A stretch of DNA of 64,000 nucleotides, taken from positions 1 to 64,000 of the forward strand of contig MCFE01000221.1 of the NCBI GenBank assembly GCA_002104905.1, in the 5' to 3' direction. This stretch comes from Basidiobolus meristosporus CBS 931.73. Taxonomy: Eukaryota; Fungi; Basidiobolomycota. Each line of letters opens with the position of its first letter. The stretch's first letter is position 1. The position numbers and the translations under genes were made by a program. The notes under the pieces were generated by a model. That model made no database searches. It worked only from the letters and a program-made list of their open reading frames with translations, and was not told the origin of the DNA. Positions 12,574 through 25,731 of this stretch are shown in pieces.

Positions 12574-15199
12574 CATGCCACCTCTCTAGCCACACCAGAA
12601 CATCATTCACCAGAAGATGCATTACTGGGCTCACTAAAGGTGTCACAAATTCACCTGACTCAGTTTGCACAAGGTGACAAAGATGGCCAGGTGCCAATAT
12701 AGATGTATTAACTGGCCAGCACAATAATACTGGTACAGTAGTGACCAATGAATGGTCAAATATGACTTGTGTGGCAAAACACTGGCTGTGATCCTTGTAA
12801 TACTTCCTATGCTGTTGGCATGCTTTGTGGCTGAGTGGCTTGCTACAATAGCCACATGGTCTTTTTTCTCTTCTCTTATGGTGTTGAGTCAAAGTAGTCT
12901 TGTCAATAGGGCAAAGAGTTTGACCTTCAACAATGTAACACTATTATATCACTTATTTATCAATACTTTTGTGAATTTAAGATAGTCTTTGAGACATTGC
13001 ACCTACATGAATGTAAGATTCCATGATGACCTGCCATAGTTAGGATTATAAAAAAGTTGTGGTACCACATACACATGTATATGTAACACTATTTCCCCTT
13101 TGGTTTGAATCACTTCCATATATATGACACCAAAAAACAAAGCAAAGTTGTATGGTTCCCAACCAGACCCCACCACTGACAGAAACAGAAGAATGTTGGA
13201 CAACAGCTTGCTTTAACAATTAGTGCAACAAGGAGGGCTACATCCAATAAAGCTGTTATTCTCAGGGAGATGAGAATGTAGCAAACAGAGTACACTCAGT
13301 TGAAGACCAGCAAGAGGCCATCATAACAATGCCACCACCCATATTAGCATGTATGGTGTCAGCTCATACCAAAGCATTAATGAAGCAATTAGGTGCAGTG
13401 GCAGATAGGATAGATGCAATGGCCCAGAGAAATCAGGAAATAGTCCAGAAACAGGATGAGCAGATAATGAATGTACATCAATCAATAACCCAGGTAGAGA
13501 AAGCAGTATCCTTGCTGCTAAGAAGGAACTCAAGTAGCTCAATGTAACAGCCAAGAATTGAGCCATTTCCTGATGTAAAAGCAGAGGAACACTGTACAGC
13601 CTTTAAAGCACAACAACAGTGCCCAAAGATAAAGCTCACACAAAAACCTAGTACAGCATGGGAGGGAGACAATGTGGTGTTTATACCAAAGCCTAAATAT
13701 CAAAAGATATTGAAGATCTGTGAAGCTGTTAATTTCAATAATGAAGAGTGGGCAAATATTCAAGAGGCCATCAGAAGTCTTGCATGCCATCACCTTAAGG
13801 CCAGCATACTATGGGACTATCAGGAACTCAAGCCAAGCCAAACATACCTGACTTCTTCCATGAGCAAAGAAATTTTGGACTAGCATTGGTTTGCTGAGAA
13901 GGTATCTTAAGAATAGAAGAAACTATGAAAGGCAGAAGAACAAGGGTGCCATGGCTAAAGCCAGCAGCTTCCTCCAGAGCCTGTTTTAAGCAGGGCCAAA
14001 AGCTCCAGACAAGTGTCAAAGAGACATCAGGTAGCTGGAAGAGTACCTGTTAGGGACAAGCAGGCAGACATGGATGCACCAGCACAATATCTATTGGGGA
14101 AAAGCATAGTACCACTCAAGGATCACTTAGTCAAAGTTGTAGTGAAGGACCTGGCAGTGTTAAAAACCAGCAGCTTTTACAGGAGCCTGTCACAACTACA
14201 GTTGAGAACTCAAAACAAGCAGAAAAGAAATATCTGGTTGCCAGAAGAGGGCCAGCAAGGAACAAGCAGGCCAAAACAGATGCATCAGAGCAGAATTTAT
14301 CAAGGAGAAAACCTAGCTCATCACAAGAAGCACTTAGACAAAGTAGCAGTGATAAGGGAAAAGGTAAAGGGAAAAATGTCTATTCAAGACTGAGACAGGG
14401 AGGCATGCAACAAAAACTGCAGTTCTTGCCAATTAATGCTGTAACCCTGGGACAAACAAGGCTACAACCTCAAGAACTAAAAGACTATCACAATGCCTTC
14501 AGTGGAATTTGGAACATTAGTATGCACACAAAGAGGTTCCAGCATTTGTTCCTGAGCAGTGTTCAAGAAAACACACTGGAATATTGCAAGGACTTATTGC
14601 AAAGACTGGCAGATGAGGTTCTAGACCTTGCACTGCAAGCTGAAGACCAGGATATCTGGGAACCAGTGAATAAACAGTGGCATAATGCCATTGGTTCCTG
14701 CCAAAGCTGTGGAACCAGAGAGTTACAGCAGAAATACTTATTGAGTGGTGAATTTTAATGGAGTCACTTGTTGAATGTGAGGTTGGGCTTAATGTTAGTG
14801 TAGGGTATAGGAACTTGTATAGGTCAATACAATTGGCAACTGAGGTACAACTGAAGTTTCAATGGAAATAAATCAATTTGTATGCATGGAAAGTAAGAGA
14901 AATGGTTGAGTTAGGAAGTAAGGAGTGTGAAAAAGAGGTAATAGCCAATCAATGCACACAAATTTAGGAGGTGACAGAGTGTCTAGGATCAGAAAGTGAG
15001 CAAATTGGCAGTGAACCAATCAGAAGCCGCTTATTCTGTCATAATGAAAAATATTGACCAAGTTTTTCGTTAAATCTGGGGTGCAATTATTTTTAACAGA
15101 TACTGGATGGTGTCCTAATTGGTTCAGTACCTCTTAGTCACGGGTCTTCAGCTTTGTGATGACCTTTTGATGAGATTATTATAATAATCTTTCATAGGG
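12574..15199 (-). mobile_element. CMC-1 copy (transposase N-terminus, intergenic, ORF2 on + 13124-14758, left terminus)
   Basis: CATAGGG at 15193-15199. CGYCSKPLSH zinc-binding-like peptide at 12557-12892 (-). ORF2 peptides on +. Confidence 0.8.
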
Positions 15200-15435
15200 A
15201 CATGGAGGACAGACAGGATGAGTTGGAAGATGCTGGGACAGATATAGACTTGGAGACAACTATGCTTTTGGCATCAAGAAGCTAAGCAGCCTCAATATGT
15301 GGAAATCAGTTAAGTAATTCAAAGTTTTGTTGGAAGCAACAAGCAACCAACTCCTATTAGGGCAACTTTGCCAAAATATGTGGTTCTTCCATTGGGAACA
15401 AGCCTGTCTCTACACCACTCAATACAGAAATAGTT
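15200..15435 (+). pseudogene. CMC-1 transposase fragment
   Basis: Matches 60317-60550 (HMEDSQ...KKLSS). Confidence 0.6.
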
Positions 15436-15439
15436 GGGC

Positions 15440-16304
15440 CACATTTGGACACATTTATACTACTTGCCAAAGGTGCCCGCAGTGGAGGCACTGCAACTGA
15501 GTCTTCATCAGTCAGCTCACCAGAGATAACTTGATGATGGTCAGGTGTAACAGCATGTGCAGGTGTAACATGACATGCTGATAAGGCCTTTAACAGATTT
15601 CAATGTGATGCTGTATGTAAATGCAACTGGCCTGCACCAATGGACTTGTGTCTAATTCAGTAGTTTGGTGAGTTCTGATAGTTTTACTTTGGACTACACA
15701 TATTGACTTGGTGCATGGCACTCTTGTGCACAATGCTGATATAGATTAGATTGGTGTGTGCTGGCATGCTGCCATGTCAATGCTTGGCAAGGACTCCATT
15801 GATGTGTGCAGGTGCAGTCCCTGCATGGTAGCTTAGAGTCTGTATTCTTCCTCTTGAAGCTTAACTTCTGATTCATTAAGGTATTCCCTTGCCCTCTGTC
15901 TGGTACTTTGGAACTGGTGTCTTGATGGGTTTTAGGTATATGGCTTTTAGAAGCCACTTAGCACCACTAATATCTCATACAGTATATTTGTCTCTTGTAC
16001 AATGTTATATTCAAGAGAGAATATAATATAACTCCCAAATAGTTTACCTTAACTTAAGTGACAACTGAGTGAAGAATCTTAGAATTGTCAGAGAGTGGCA
16101 GTAGTATAAGCAGAGAGGTTCTGGTCTGCTATTGGTCTTGAATATAGTTGGGATTGGCTATAAAGGCAGCAGAGTTGATTTGCAATGTAGGCTAGGCTGG
16201 GTGTTCTTGGGAGTGCTAGATATGCTAGGCTTGGGTAAACTAGAAAGTAACTGTTGAGTTCTTAATTTTGCTGAGACACAATCATGATTTTGTTGAGTCA
16301 CACA
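15440..16304 (-). mobile_element. Possible LTR (16003-16304) plus decayed gag-like ORF
   Basis: TG...CA bounded non-coding block, followed on - by a stop-ridden frame containing CLHCGHLWQVV*MCP (degenerate CCHC-like). Single copy, no TSD found. Confidence 0.25.
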
Positions 16305-18180
16305 CTAAACTAAAAGGTTCAGTAAGCTTTATTCATACTTCTCCAATCAAGTTAGGCTGATAAGCACCATGAGACTGGACTAATTGAATCTGCTGGGATG
16401 TCAATAGGTGCATAAGGAAGATGAAAGTTGCATTATTAATCTGCCTATGTCTTTGCTACTGCTAAGGTGTTGGATAGATCTTGGATTACTAATCACCAAG
16501 GGCAGGCTTGGCAGATAAGTTGATAATGTAATGGCCACATGAGAATTGATTAGGTGTAATGGCTAGTGATAGATTCTGAGATGAGATAAAATAAACCATG
16601 GCTGGAATTAGTTATGTTTGGATTAGGGAAAATTAGTTAGGGTACTATTTTTTCTAACAGAGTAAGAATGGTCAAGTTTAAATTTTGATGCACAACATGC
16701 AGCAATGTGTCCAAAATCTCCTTTATTCCTAAAGTTGAGGCATAAGCAGATGTGGCTGTTCTGTAATACTCAAATTGTATGCAGAATTGCTTGTGCACAG
16801 ACTCCTCATCAGACCCCTTCACTCTTAGCTCATTCTTGATTTCATAAATGATCTTGTCAAATATACTACATGTATCTGCTGGAATCTAAAGGTTCAGCTT
16901 ACGTCACAACTTTCTACTCAAAATCTTCCATCTCTGCTAGCTTTCTGAGATATCTGGTTCTGCTAGATCAATGAGTAGTGCACATATAATGGTATAAATC
17001 TTCATCACAGACACTTGGGCCATACCAGAATCACTTACCACAAGCTCAAACATATTAGATATTAGGTTTTCCAGTGTGTGCTGTGCTTGTAATCACTGGA
17101 ATGCGCTTTGTCTGGGTTGTACTAAAGATAAGTAGAAAGCTGCTCTAGGGACCATTGCCAGAGATTGCAATACTTGTACAGCTGATTATTGGCATCAACC
17201 TGGCCATATGCAATAAATATCAAAGCTAATGTTGTAGTTAAACTTTCTAAATATTATGCATGGTGCATCTGGGATTACTTTACATGGACCTGATGACATC
17301 AATTGAGTATTTCTTATTTGATTAAAGACTTGATAATTTGAAGGTGCGTTACTTACAAATTGCTGTATAAGGATAATTTTTTACCATAAATATGGTATAA
17401 ATAACAACTCATGGAGATTAAATCAGATAGCATGAAGAATCAGATAAACTATGCTAATAGCACCAAATCAATACTAGTCATTTGCACCTGAGCACATTCC
17501 AATCATCATATGACTTGTGCATCTACATGGACCTTTCTTATTAATGCCATCACTAACACTGGATATCCTTTTGACACATAGAAGGAGATCTCTACCAAGT
17601 ACTGAGGACCATCTACACCAATCTACTCAAAGTGATTCTTTCCTGAGCTTCTCTGCTATTACAAGAACCATTGCCCTACAAGGTTTCATTGCACTATCCA
17701 TGGAAATAAAAGTCCTAGAAGCTTTCATTTCCAGCTAACAATAATGGAGAACCACCTTGCAGAGGGTATGGATGATTTAGAGCAACTTTGGAATACTAGG
17801 TACAGAGTCTCCTATAGACTTCCATATCCCAGAGTGCTCAGCTACAGGTTCCAAATCAGGGGTACTTGGAAACCTTTGCATTGAGGGTTAGCAGAACATC
17901 TGGAGGGCAGATGTACTTTTATTTTGGCATATATAAGGCACATTGTGCAATGTTTCAAGCATTGTCCAACATTGACAGCAACATTATCTGGTTCAGCAAG
18001 CCATTTGTTGGAGTAGGGGTGACAGGGAACTTTAGGAAGAGAATCATTGGGACTTTACTAGAGGGGAGAAATATATTGCAGCCGTGCCCTTTGAAAAATA
18101 TTTGTACTAATCCTGTCACAAGATCACCTCAATGTATGATTTGTGTGACTAGTAGGTACTGATGCTGTGGGGATGCTGTG

Positions 18181-19710
18181 CAAAGACCATATAGAAAAGA
18201 ATCCACCTCGGATTTCACAAAAAACTTGGTCAAAATTTCTCATCACAACCATATATAAGTGCAATTGATTGGTTTGCTGGCTTTACTTTCTAATTCCAAA
18301 CACTCAATCACCTCATACATGTGTGTACATTGATTGGCTATTGCTTCTTTTCACACTCCTTACTTCCGGACTCAATCAGTACCCTGATTTTCATGCATAC
18401 AGGTTGGTTAATATCTTTTCATTAATGAGTTGTAACTCAATTGCCAGTTGCACTAACATATCCAAGTCCATATACCCAACCCTAAAATTAAGCCCAGCCT
18501 CACACTCAAAAGTTGACTCCATTGAGATCCACCATTCAATATGCATTTCTACCAAAATGGCTTATTCCATGACTTTAGAAGGAGACCCACAGCTTTATGT
18601 TGTTGTTCATTCACTGGTTCCTATATATCCTGTTCTTAAGCCAGCACTGCAAGCTTTAGAACCCTGTCTGCAAGTCTTTGCAATTAGATCTTACAATATT
18701 CAAATGTATTTTCATGAGTGCTGCTTTTGAAGAAGTGCTATAATCTTTTGCTGCATCTATTATTGCACCAACACTGCACTGTAGGCATTGCAAAAGTCAT
18801 TTAGGTTCTTGACATTTATATTCTGTTAATTGGAGGTACTGATGCCATTTGGACTCCATACAATGACCATCTTGAAATAATTATCCCTTGGTGTTCCCAC
18901 AATGTCATCAAGATTTTTGATCACAGCAATACATAAGTTACTTTCAATTGGTTCTCTGCCAATTCCCTCACTCTATGATCCCAGACACTCAGTAACCTCC
19001 TATTTTGGGTACATTGATTGGTTATTTCATATTTTCACACTCCTTACTTCATGACTCAAACAGTGCTCTTACCTTTTGTGCATATGAATTAGCTTGTTTC
19101 CATTCTATCTTCAGTTGTACCTCAATTACTAACTGAATTGACCTATCCAAGTCCCTGTACTGTACATTAACATTGAGCCAAACCCGCACTCAGCATGTAA
19201 CTTCATTGAAATCCACCATACAATAAGTGTTTCTACCAAAATGCCCTGCAGCATTATGTCCTTGTTCATTCACTGGTTCTCAAATGCCCTGGTCTTCTGC
19301 TAGCACTGCAAGGTTGAGCACCTCATCTGCCAGACCTTGCAATAAATTCTTGCAATATTCAAGTGCATTTGCTTGAGCACTGCTCTTGAAGAAGTGCTGC
19401 AACCTCTTTGTGTGCTTATTGATGTTTCAAAATTCTGCCAAGGGCATTTTTATAGTCTTTTGAGTTTTTGATATTATTACTTTATCTGTCAATGGAATCT
19501 CCACCCTGTCCACTATGAAGGATGTGGAAGTAGTGGTAGACAAATTCCTTTTCTCTATAAGCTCATTCATCTTGCTGGAGTGTAGCTCAAGTAGCTGCAC
19601 TTTAAACTCTTGAGAAACAGCTTTTGTCTTGTTGGTGATTCTTCTTGGACATGATAGGACTCAGCCACTTCTTGAGCCAAAGTGCTAATAAACAAGAACT
19701 GTAAATTTTT
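18181..19710 (+). mobile_element. Two tandem CMC-1 left-arm fragments with ORF2 C-terminus on -
   Basis: Homologous to 55790-56500. No intact terminus. Confidence 0.7.
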
Positions 19711-19805
19711 TCTTATGCTATGATGATGTTTAAGTCTAAGGGAGAAATATGTAAAAGACTTCTTAAGTATTTTTATTTGGGGTGTTCACTCTGTGTGAGA
19801 GCCTC

Positions 19806-21971
19806 CACCATGAAAGATAATTTGGTCCTGCAGGTGGATCCTATCAAGAGCACCCATCACTATCCCATTATGAGCCCATCATAATGCAAGCAGCTTGGAA
19901 TTATTGACCCTCCACATGTTCTTATGACAGGGTTGTGATAGCATTGTGTTGATTTTACTGCCAATTGAAGTATAGAACCTGACAGTGTACAAGCAATCAC
20001 TCAACAAGAATTGCATGAAATTTTGACAGTCTTAATGCCCCCTGCATTGATTAGAGCAGATTTAACCAGTCACTGATCAATTTGCCTTATATGGCAAGAA
20101 ATCTGTTGGTGTTCTGGCCACCTCATTGCAAACCCTTGCTGACATCATATTGGCAGTACAGCAGCCTACAGCCGGTACTGTATAATGCTACCTTACAAAT
20201 CAACCCAATGGTATTTTATTCTTCTACCTCCCCTTGTGCCATTTATATAGCCCATTGTAGAATCACCCCACTTTATTGGCTTACCCAATACTATCTTGGG
20301 TATTTCACAAATGGGTTGAATAGAAAAACTATGGTCTCTTGCTTACTAACCTCTTTGTTGGCTCAAACCTGCTGCTATGGACAAACTTCAATCACCTCAC
20401 CTTTATGGCATTTAAGTGTGATGCTGCAAAGTTGCCATTTACCTTGTACTGTTGATAAAATATGCATTTTGCAAACAGATGGTTGGTTGCCACCACTGTA
20501 CCATGAATACATCCTCAATATCCACAAAGAACTTCTTGGTATTTTGCCAATATATTCCTTGTCCCTGCTGGATCCTAGTCCCATGATAGGTGTGCTCTTG
20601 CTCTTGATGGTGTGAGTTCTATATTGGACAGTGTGGAAACTAGCTAGCAACAAAAAGAAGCCCGGCATACTTTGATAAAGTTGTCCTAACAAGTAGTAGA
20701 TGCTTGTTGCAACTAACCCAACTTTGCATTACTTTGCTGATTATCCACTCATTGAGGCTGCTTAGCTTCTTAATGTCATATTTATAGGTGTCTTCATATG
20801 CCCATCTGTCCTCAGTATTTTCCAACTCTTCCTGGCTGTCCTCCATGTGCCAACTGACTGCATCTATGACAGACTTTAAGATAATACTGTTGATGAGATT
20901 GGGATATGGCAATACCTGCAACTTGACTTGTCTTCTTATCTACATGCACATCCACTCCATAGGAACTCCCAAAAGATGAAGCAAGACTCAATATTATCCA
21001 CACAGAGAGCAAGATGGAGTAGGGAATGGATACAGTATTGACAGAGATCTATGCATTCAGCTTTATGCTTGCAGTATAGCTGCTCAATTCCTGTTACAAA
21101 CTCCTTGCACAAAAGCTGTAGATGCGTCAAGTCAGCATTAGTGATCTGCTTCAGGATCAATATCCCTACAATGTCCACATATAGCTCCCAATACTTTAAA
21201 TGTACTCTTGGTAGAGATGGCTTCAGAAGGCCACTTGAATAGGTATGTATCCAGTTCATTTGGTCCTTGCACTTGGGTTGTGGCATATGCATATAAATGT
21301 TGCTTAGAGCCTGAGAGAAGCACATATGGTAGCAGACATGATGTAATATTTTGCCAATTCTTTTTAATTTTCTCTGGTATCTTAATGGGTGGGTTTAGCC
21401 TTACGTGCCCCATGTACAACTTGGTCACTAGTATAGGGATGTTGTTAAAAAGCCAATACACTGCTCCTAATGGAAAGCTTTTGTGCTAACAAATATCCTC
21501 AATCTTAAGTATCTCTGGTTTACAATTAGTTCCTTAATCTGGCCTATGGCTCATGGCTTGCTACTTAGCTGCAATACATGCTGACTTCTGCTTATTCTCT
21601 CTGCAGGAAGACACTATTTTTAGTGTTGGTGTTTGGGTAACTATAATGTGTGTGAGTTATCATGCAAGTCCCCTGGATCTCAAACATTTGAGAGCAAAGC
21701 AGACTACTATTAGATTTCTGCTCTGATACCATAGGATAGGTGGCAGATTCCAGTTAATGAGAATTGTTGGCCAGCAGGATCTGCTGGCAGAGTACTTGTC
21801 TAATGAGAATCCATCAAGTGCCAAGGCAAAGGCATTGCCACACATTCCTTCAAAGTAGCCCTCACTACTTAGCTTTTTTAATATATGCCACTGAATATGT
21901 TGGATATGTTTGTGCCTAACTGATACAGAGTGAAAAATTATATAGGTTTACAATATTTGCTGGATTGCATG
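19806..21971 (-). mobile_element. CMC-1 right arm plus transposase pseudogene
   Basis: Degenerate terminus CACCATGAAAGATAATTTGGTCCTGCAGGTGGATCC. ORF-track peptides with ALALDGF, HSLLHL and QVLPYPNL. Confidence 0.8.
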
Positions 21972-22384
21972 TGTTATGAATAGACACAAGGCAGGAGAGT
22001 AGGGCTAGGCAAGGCAGGACCAGGTAAGAACCTAGGTGCAAATCAACAAGGCAAGGCAGATTTCCAAGGCAAGGCTGTTAATTCAAGACCAGTGCTTATC
22101 AGACTGAGGAATATATAAGGGGGGATAGGACTATTTATACTTTTTAGCAATATGGATGCCAAGAGATATTGGCTAATATTGATGGGGTTCTGGGGTGAGG
22201 CACAGTAAGTGTGCCAAGATAGAATATACTAAAGAACAGACTGGAATATCACATGGAGATATGTCAGAGGTCAGCAGATCAGGTGACTAGGTCATGTGAC
22301 ATATAGTTACCATATATGGCATGGGACTGCATAAACTCTAATGGGAAGCTTCCATGGAATGTTCCATTGTGTAACATTGACATA

Positions 22385-22738
22385 ATAGTTGCTGAGTAGA
22401 GGGGAGTTGGTTTCCACCAAAGGAGAGAACCATTTCTGGGCAGTTCCAGTCAGCAGGCTAGAGATATAACCAATTTTTGCTTGATCTGTTGGGGACCAAT
22501 TGGGTTGTTGTTACAAATGGTGCTTCACTATATTGATGAAACCTTGGAGTTCATTCTGGGAGCCACTGAACTTGGAAGTGGAAGTGATCTTGGGATCATG
22601 GTAGGAGGGAGCCTGGAAAGGCTGTTGAGCATTTTGGCTCTGGAGCTGAGCAACAGAGTTCCTGAGGTCTGCATTGTCTTGTTGCAGCTGGGCAAAGGTA
22701 GCCATGAGGCTTGCAAAGTTATACTCTGGGCTTGACAT
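22385..22738 (-). pseudogene. Ty3/gypsy capsid (Retrotrans_gag/PEG10-like) N-terminal fragment
   Basis: MSSPEY...coiled-coil...FSG..L.GF...K..YI.SLL.G.A..W pattern. Truncated against the LTR. Confidence 0.7.
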
Positions 22739-23142
22739 GTCACAGTAGCAGGAGGCGGAGAAGTCTCTTGGACTTGTTCAGGAAAACTTGATATTGCTAG
22801 CTAATTTGTGGGTTATAAAGCCACTAGTTTGTCAAGAATACAATCATTGAGCCACAATCCCCAACTTTGAATAAGTTAGCATCACTTCAGAAGGTACTGG
22901 CTTTAACATCCTTTGATAGAGTATTGTACTAAAGCTTTCAGTGCTGTAACAACTGTAAACTACACCAGCAGAGTAAAAAGTGAATGCAGCTTTGGCCAAT
23001 AATCTTACAAAGATAAAGTATGTTTGCCTTTAGAGGACCAAACTAGGGAAAGATTCAGGGTGATACTTACGGTAGGTATTCCTTTACAAGTTCTTCTCAA
23101 GATCTTTGGGTAGAAGGCAGAGATCCACAGGTAAGTCAGGAG

Positions 23143-23156
23143 CAGTCTGATAAAAC
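23143..23156 (-). promoter_or_regulatory. Self-priming primer-binding site
   Basis: Abuts the LTR end and is a perfect 12-bp inverted repeat of 23257-23268 inside the LTR. Confidence 0.65.
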
Positions 23157-23584
23157 TGTTACAAATAGACACAAGGCAGGACCAGGAAAGGACTTAGGTG
23201 TGGATCAACAAGGCAAGGCAGATTTCAAAGGCAAGGCTGTTTGTTCAAGACCTGTGTTTATCAGACTGAGGTATACATAAGGGGGGATAGGACTATATTT
23301 ACTTTTTGGCAATATGGATGCCAAGAGATATTGGCTAATATTGATGGGGTTCTGGGGTGAGGCATAGTAAGTGTGCCAAGATAGACTATATTAAAGAACA
23401 GACTGGAATATCACATGGAGATATGTCATAGGTCAGTTGATCAGGTGACTAGGTCATGTGACATGTAGTTACCATAGATGGCATGGGCTACATAAACTCT
23501 AATGGGAAGCTTCCATAGAATGTCCTGTTGTGTGACATTGACTTGGAGCTTTCAAGAAGTTGCTAGAATGTAGTAGAACACACG

Positions 23585-25189
23585 GTGACATTGCCTAGAG
23601 GAGTGCCATTGTTAAACTTAGAGGAAGTTGACGGAAACAACCAAGGACCACCTCCAAACAAAGAACCAGAAGAAGAACTCCCCAAGCTAGATGTGGACCC
23701 CGGTCTACCGCCTATGTTACGAGACAAATTCCTAGAAGGAATACGTCCGCTTGCCCAAGTATTCTCTAAGAACCAAGTAATTGGTCATATACATGGGGTA
23801 TATCACCAAATCCACCTCGCCGACAAATACCCCATCAAGCAAAAAGCCTATAGGAATTCGAAAATTGACACAGACTATATCAAAGAGACAATTGAAACTT
23901 TATTAAAAGACGACATCATTACAGAGAGCCAGTCTCCGTGGGCCTCCCCCGTAGTGATAGTCCCAAAGAAAGACGGAAAGCGACGCTTTTGCATCGACTA
24001 CCAGAAATTGAACGCCGTCACCCGGAAGGACGTGTATCCGCTACTGCAAATAGACAACCTCTTGGACAGATTAATTGGAGCTAGATATTTTAGCTCTCTT
24101 GACTTAATCTCTGGGTATTGGCAAGTAGAAGTAGCCCCGGAAGATCGACCCAAAACCGCTTTTATAACATTGTTTGGATTATACAAATGGAACCAACTAC
24201 CCTTTGGCTTGTGCAATGCCCCCGCTATGTTCCAAAGGATGATTGACAAGGTGCTAGGAAATCTACAATGGGAATGCGCCCTCGTGTATCTGGACAACAT
24301 CACGATATATTCCCCCAATGTAGAAGAACATATACACAACGTGCAACGTATCCTGACATCCCTCCTCGAGAACCAACTCAAACTACATCCCAAGAAGTGC
24401 CATTTCCTGTATACAAAATTGTTGTTCCTGGGCCACGAGATCTTGGCAGATGGAATATACCCATCTACGTCACTCCTGAAAGCCGTTCAAAATGCACCTG
24501 CACCAAAGGACATTAATGCGGTATTGGGATTCCTAGGATTAGCCGGCTACTATTGCCGCTTTGTCAAAAACTTCGCGACAATAGCAGCCCCCCCGTACAA
24601 ATTGACGCGAAAGGGCCAGTGTTTTGTATGGTCGGAGCCTCAAAAGAGAGCATTCGATCAGCTGAAACATTCCCTGACGTCACCGCCAGTGTTACGATTT
24701 CCCAATTGGGATGCAAGATTTTTTATTAACTGTGATGGAAGCCTCACCGGTATAGGCGCCGTACTGGGACAATACCACCAACCCGGCAAATTCCACCCGA
24801 TCGGTTACGTGAGCCGTTTGCTAAACAAACACAAACGCCACTACCCCGTTACCAAGATAGAATGTCTGGCTGTTGTTTATTCAATTAAACAATTCCATAC
24901 ATACATACATGGTCGCTGATTCACGATAGTAACGGACCACAGCGCACTAGTCTGGCTGATGAAAACTAAAGACTTTACCGGCCGACTAGCACGTTGGGCC
25001 CTACGACTACAGCAATACAACTTTGAAATAATTCACTGCGCTGGCAAGAAACACCAGGACGCAGACTTCCTCAGTCGCTATCCTGTTTGCCAAATACGTG
25101 TCAGTAATGAGTACAAGGACGTAATCTGCTTTAAAAAGAAAGGATACGAAGCATGGAGATACTACCCGAGAAGACCGTGTACCACCTAA
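23585..25189 (+). pseudogene. pol: Ty3/gypsy reverse transcriptase-RNase H
   Basis: SPWASPVVIVPKKDG..RFCIDY, PFGLCNAP, YLDN (YLDD mutated), CDGS, KIECLA, TDH, DADFLSR. In-frame TGA at 24917-24919. Confidence 0.92.
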
Positions 25190-25731
25190 GAGGAGGTTCC
25201 TTGATCATTAAGGAGACAGACGCCGCGCTGATTCCCGTATCCATACTGGACACAGTCAGACAGAAGACACAAGGAATCAACTGTCACGCACTCACAAGAC
25301 CTCGAGAGCCCCCCTGTTTTGTTGCATACTTGCCATTAATAGGTACCACGGTTGTTGAGGTATACGCAGACCTGGTACAAGCTGCAAGAGCACCAGAAGT
25401 AGAACTCCCAATTGAAGGACTCCCCCGAGAAATTCGCGAACATCTCAAACCACATTTCCAAGAAGGAACCATCTTAGAGAAGATACGCGAACGGATTAAA
25501 TACACCGGCCAGTTAACCCATGCAATCCACCGAGTTGCTGTGTTACAACTATTACAGAGGTTTACCATAGGACAACTCAGGAATCAGTACAAAGTCCAAC
25601 TCCAAGAAGCCGAAGAAACCGCCGCGGATTCTGTAGAAACCATGAGGCGAGTACGAAAGTGCCTCAATTGCGCCACAGTTTCTACGGAAGAACTACAATA
25701 CGTCTTGGAAGAAGCAAAAACTTGTTATTGA
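25153..25731 (+). CDS. Gypsy-B ORF3 (unknown protein; 5'-truncated, frame continues to 25830 or 26058)
   Basis: 192 open codons between the pol remnant and the 3' LTR. Second copy at 11238-11755. Confidence 0.65.
   Translation: MEILPEKTVYHLRGGSLIIKETDAALIPVSILDTVRQKTQGINCHALTRPREPPCFVAYLPLIGTTVVEVYADLVQAARAPEVELPIEGLPREIREHLKPHFQEGTILEKIRERIKYTGQLTHAIHRVAVLQLLQRFTIGQLRNQYKVQLQEAEETAADSVETMRRVRKCLNCATVSTEELQYVLEEAKTCY

Larger units (their letters stand above)
21972..23543 (-). mobile_element. Gypsy-D deletion derivative: 5' LTR (23157-23543), self-priming PBS, gag start, 3' LTR (21972-22382)
   Basis: Two direct ~390-410 bp repeats. Gag peptide PKITSTSKFSGSQNELQGF...KIGYISSLLTGTAQKW. No pol and no TSD seen. 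Confidence 0.75.

Noticed and set aside
16003-16304. Confident LTR call
   Set aside because: There is no second copy, TSD, PBS or PPT, so it is kept only as a low-confidence feature.
23585-24919. Bacterial RT system (retron, DGR, group II intron)
   Set aside because: RT is followed by a Ty3-type RNase H and an LTR. No template/variable repeats or msr-msd were seen.
25153-25731. Calling ORF3 an env gene
   Set aside because: The position fits, but I see no signal peptide or convincing TM anchor. The RRVR stretch alone is weak evidence.
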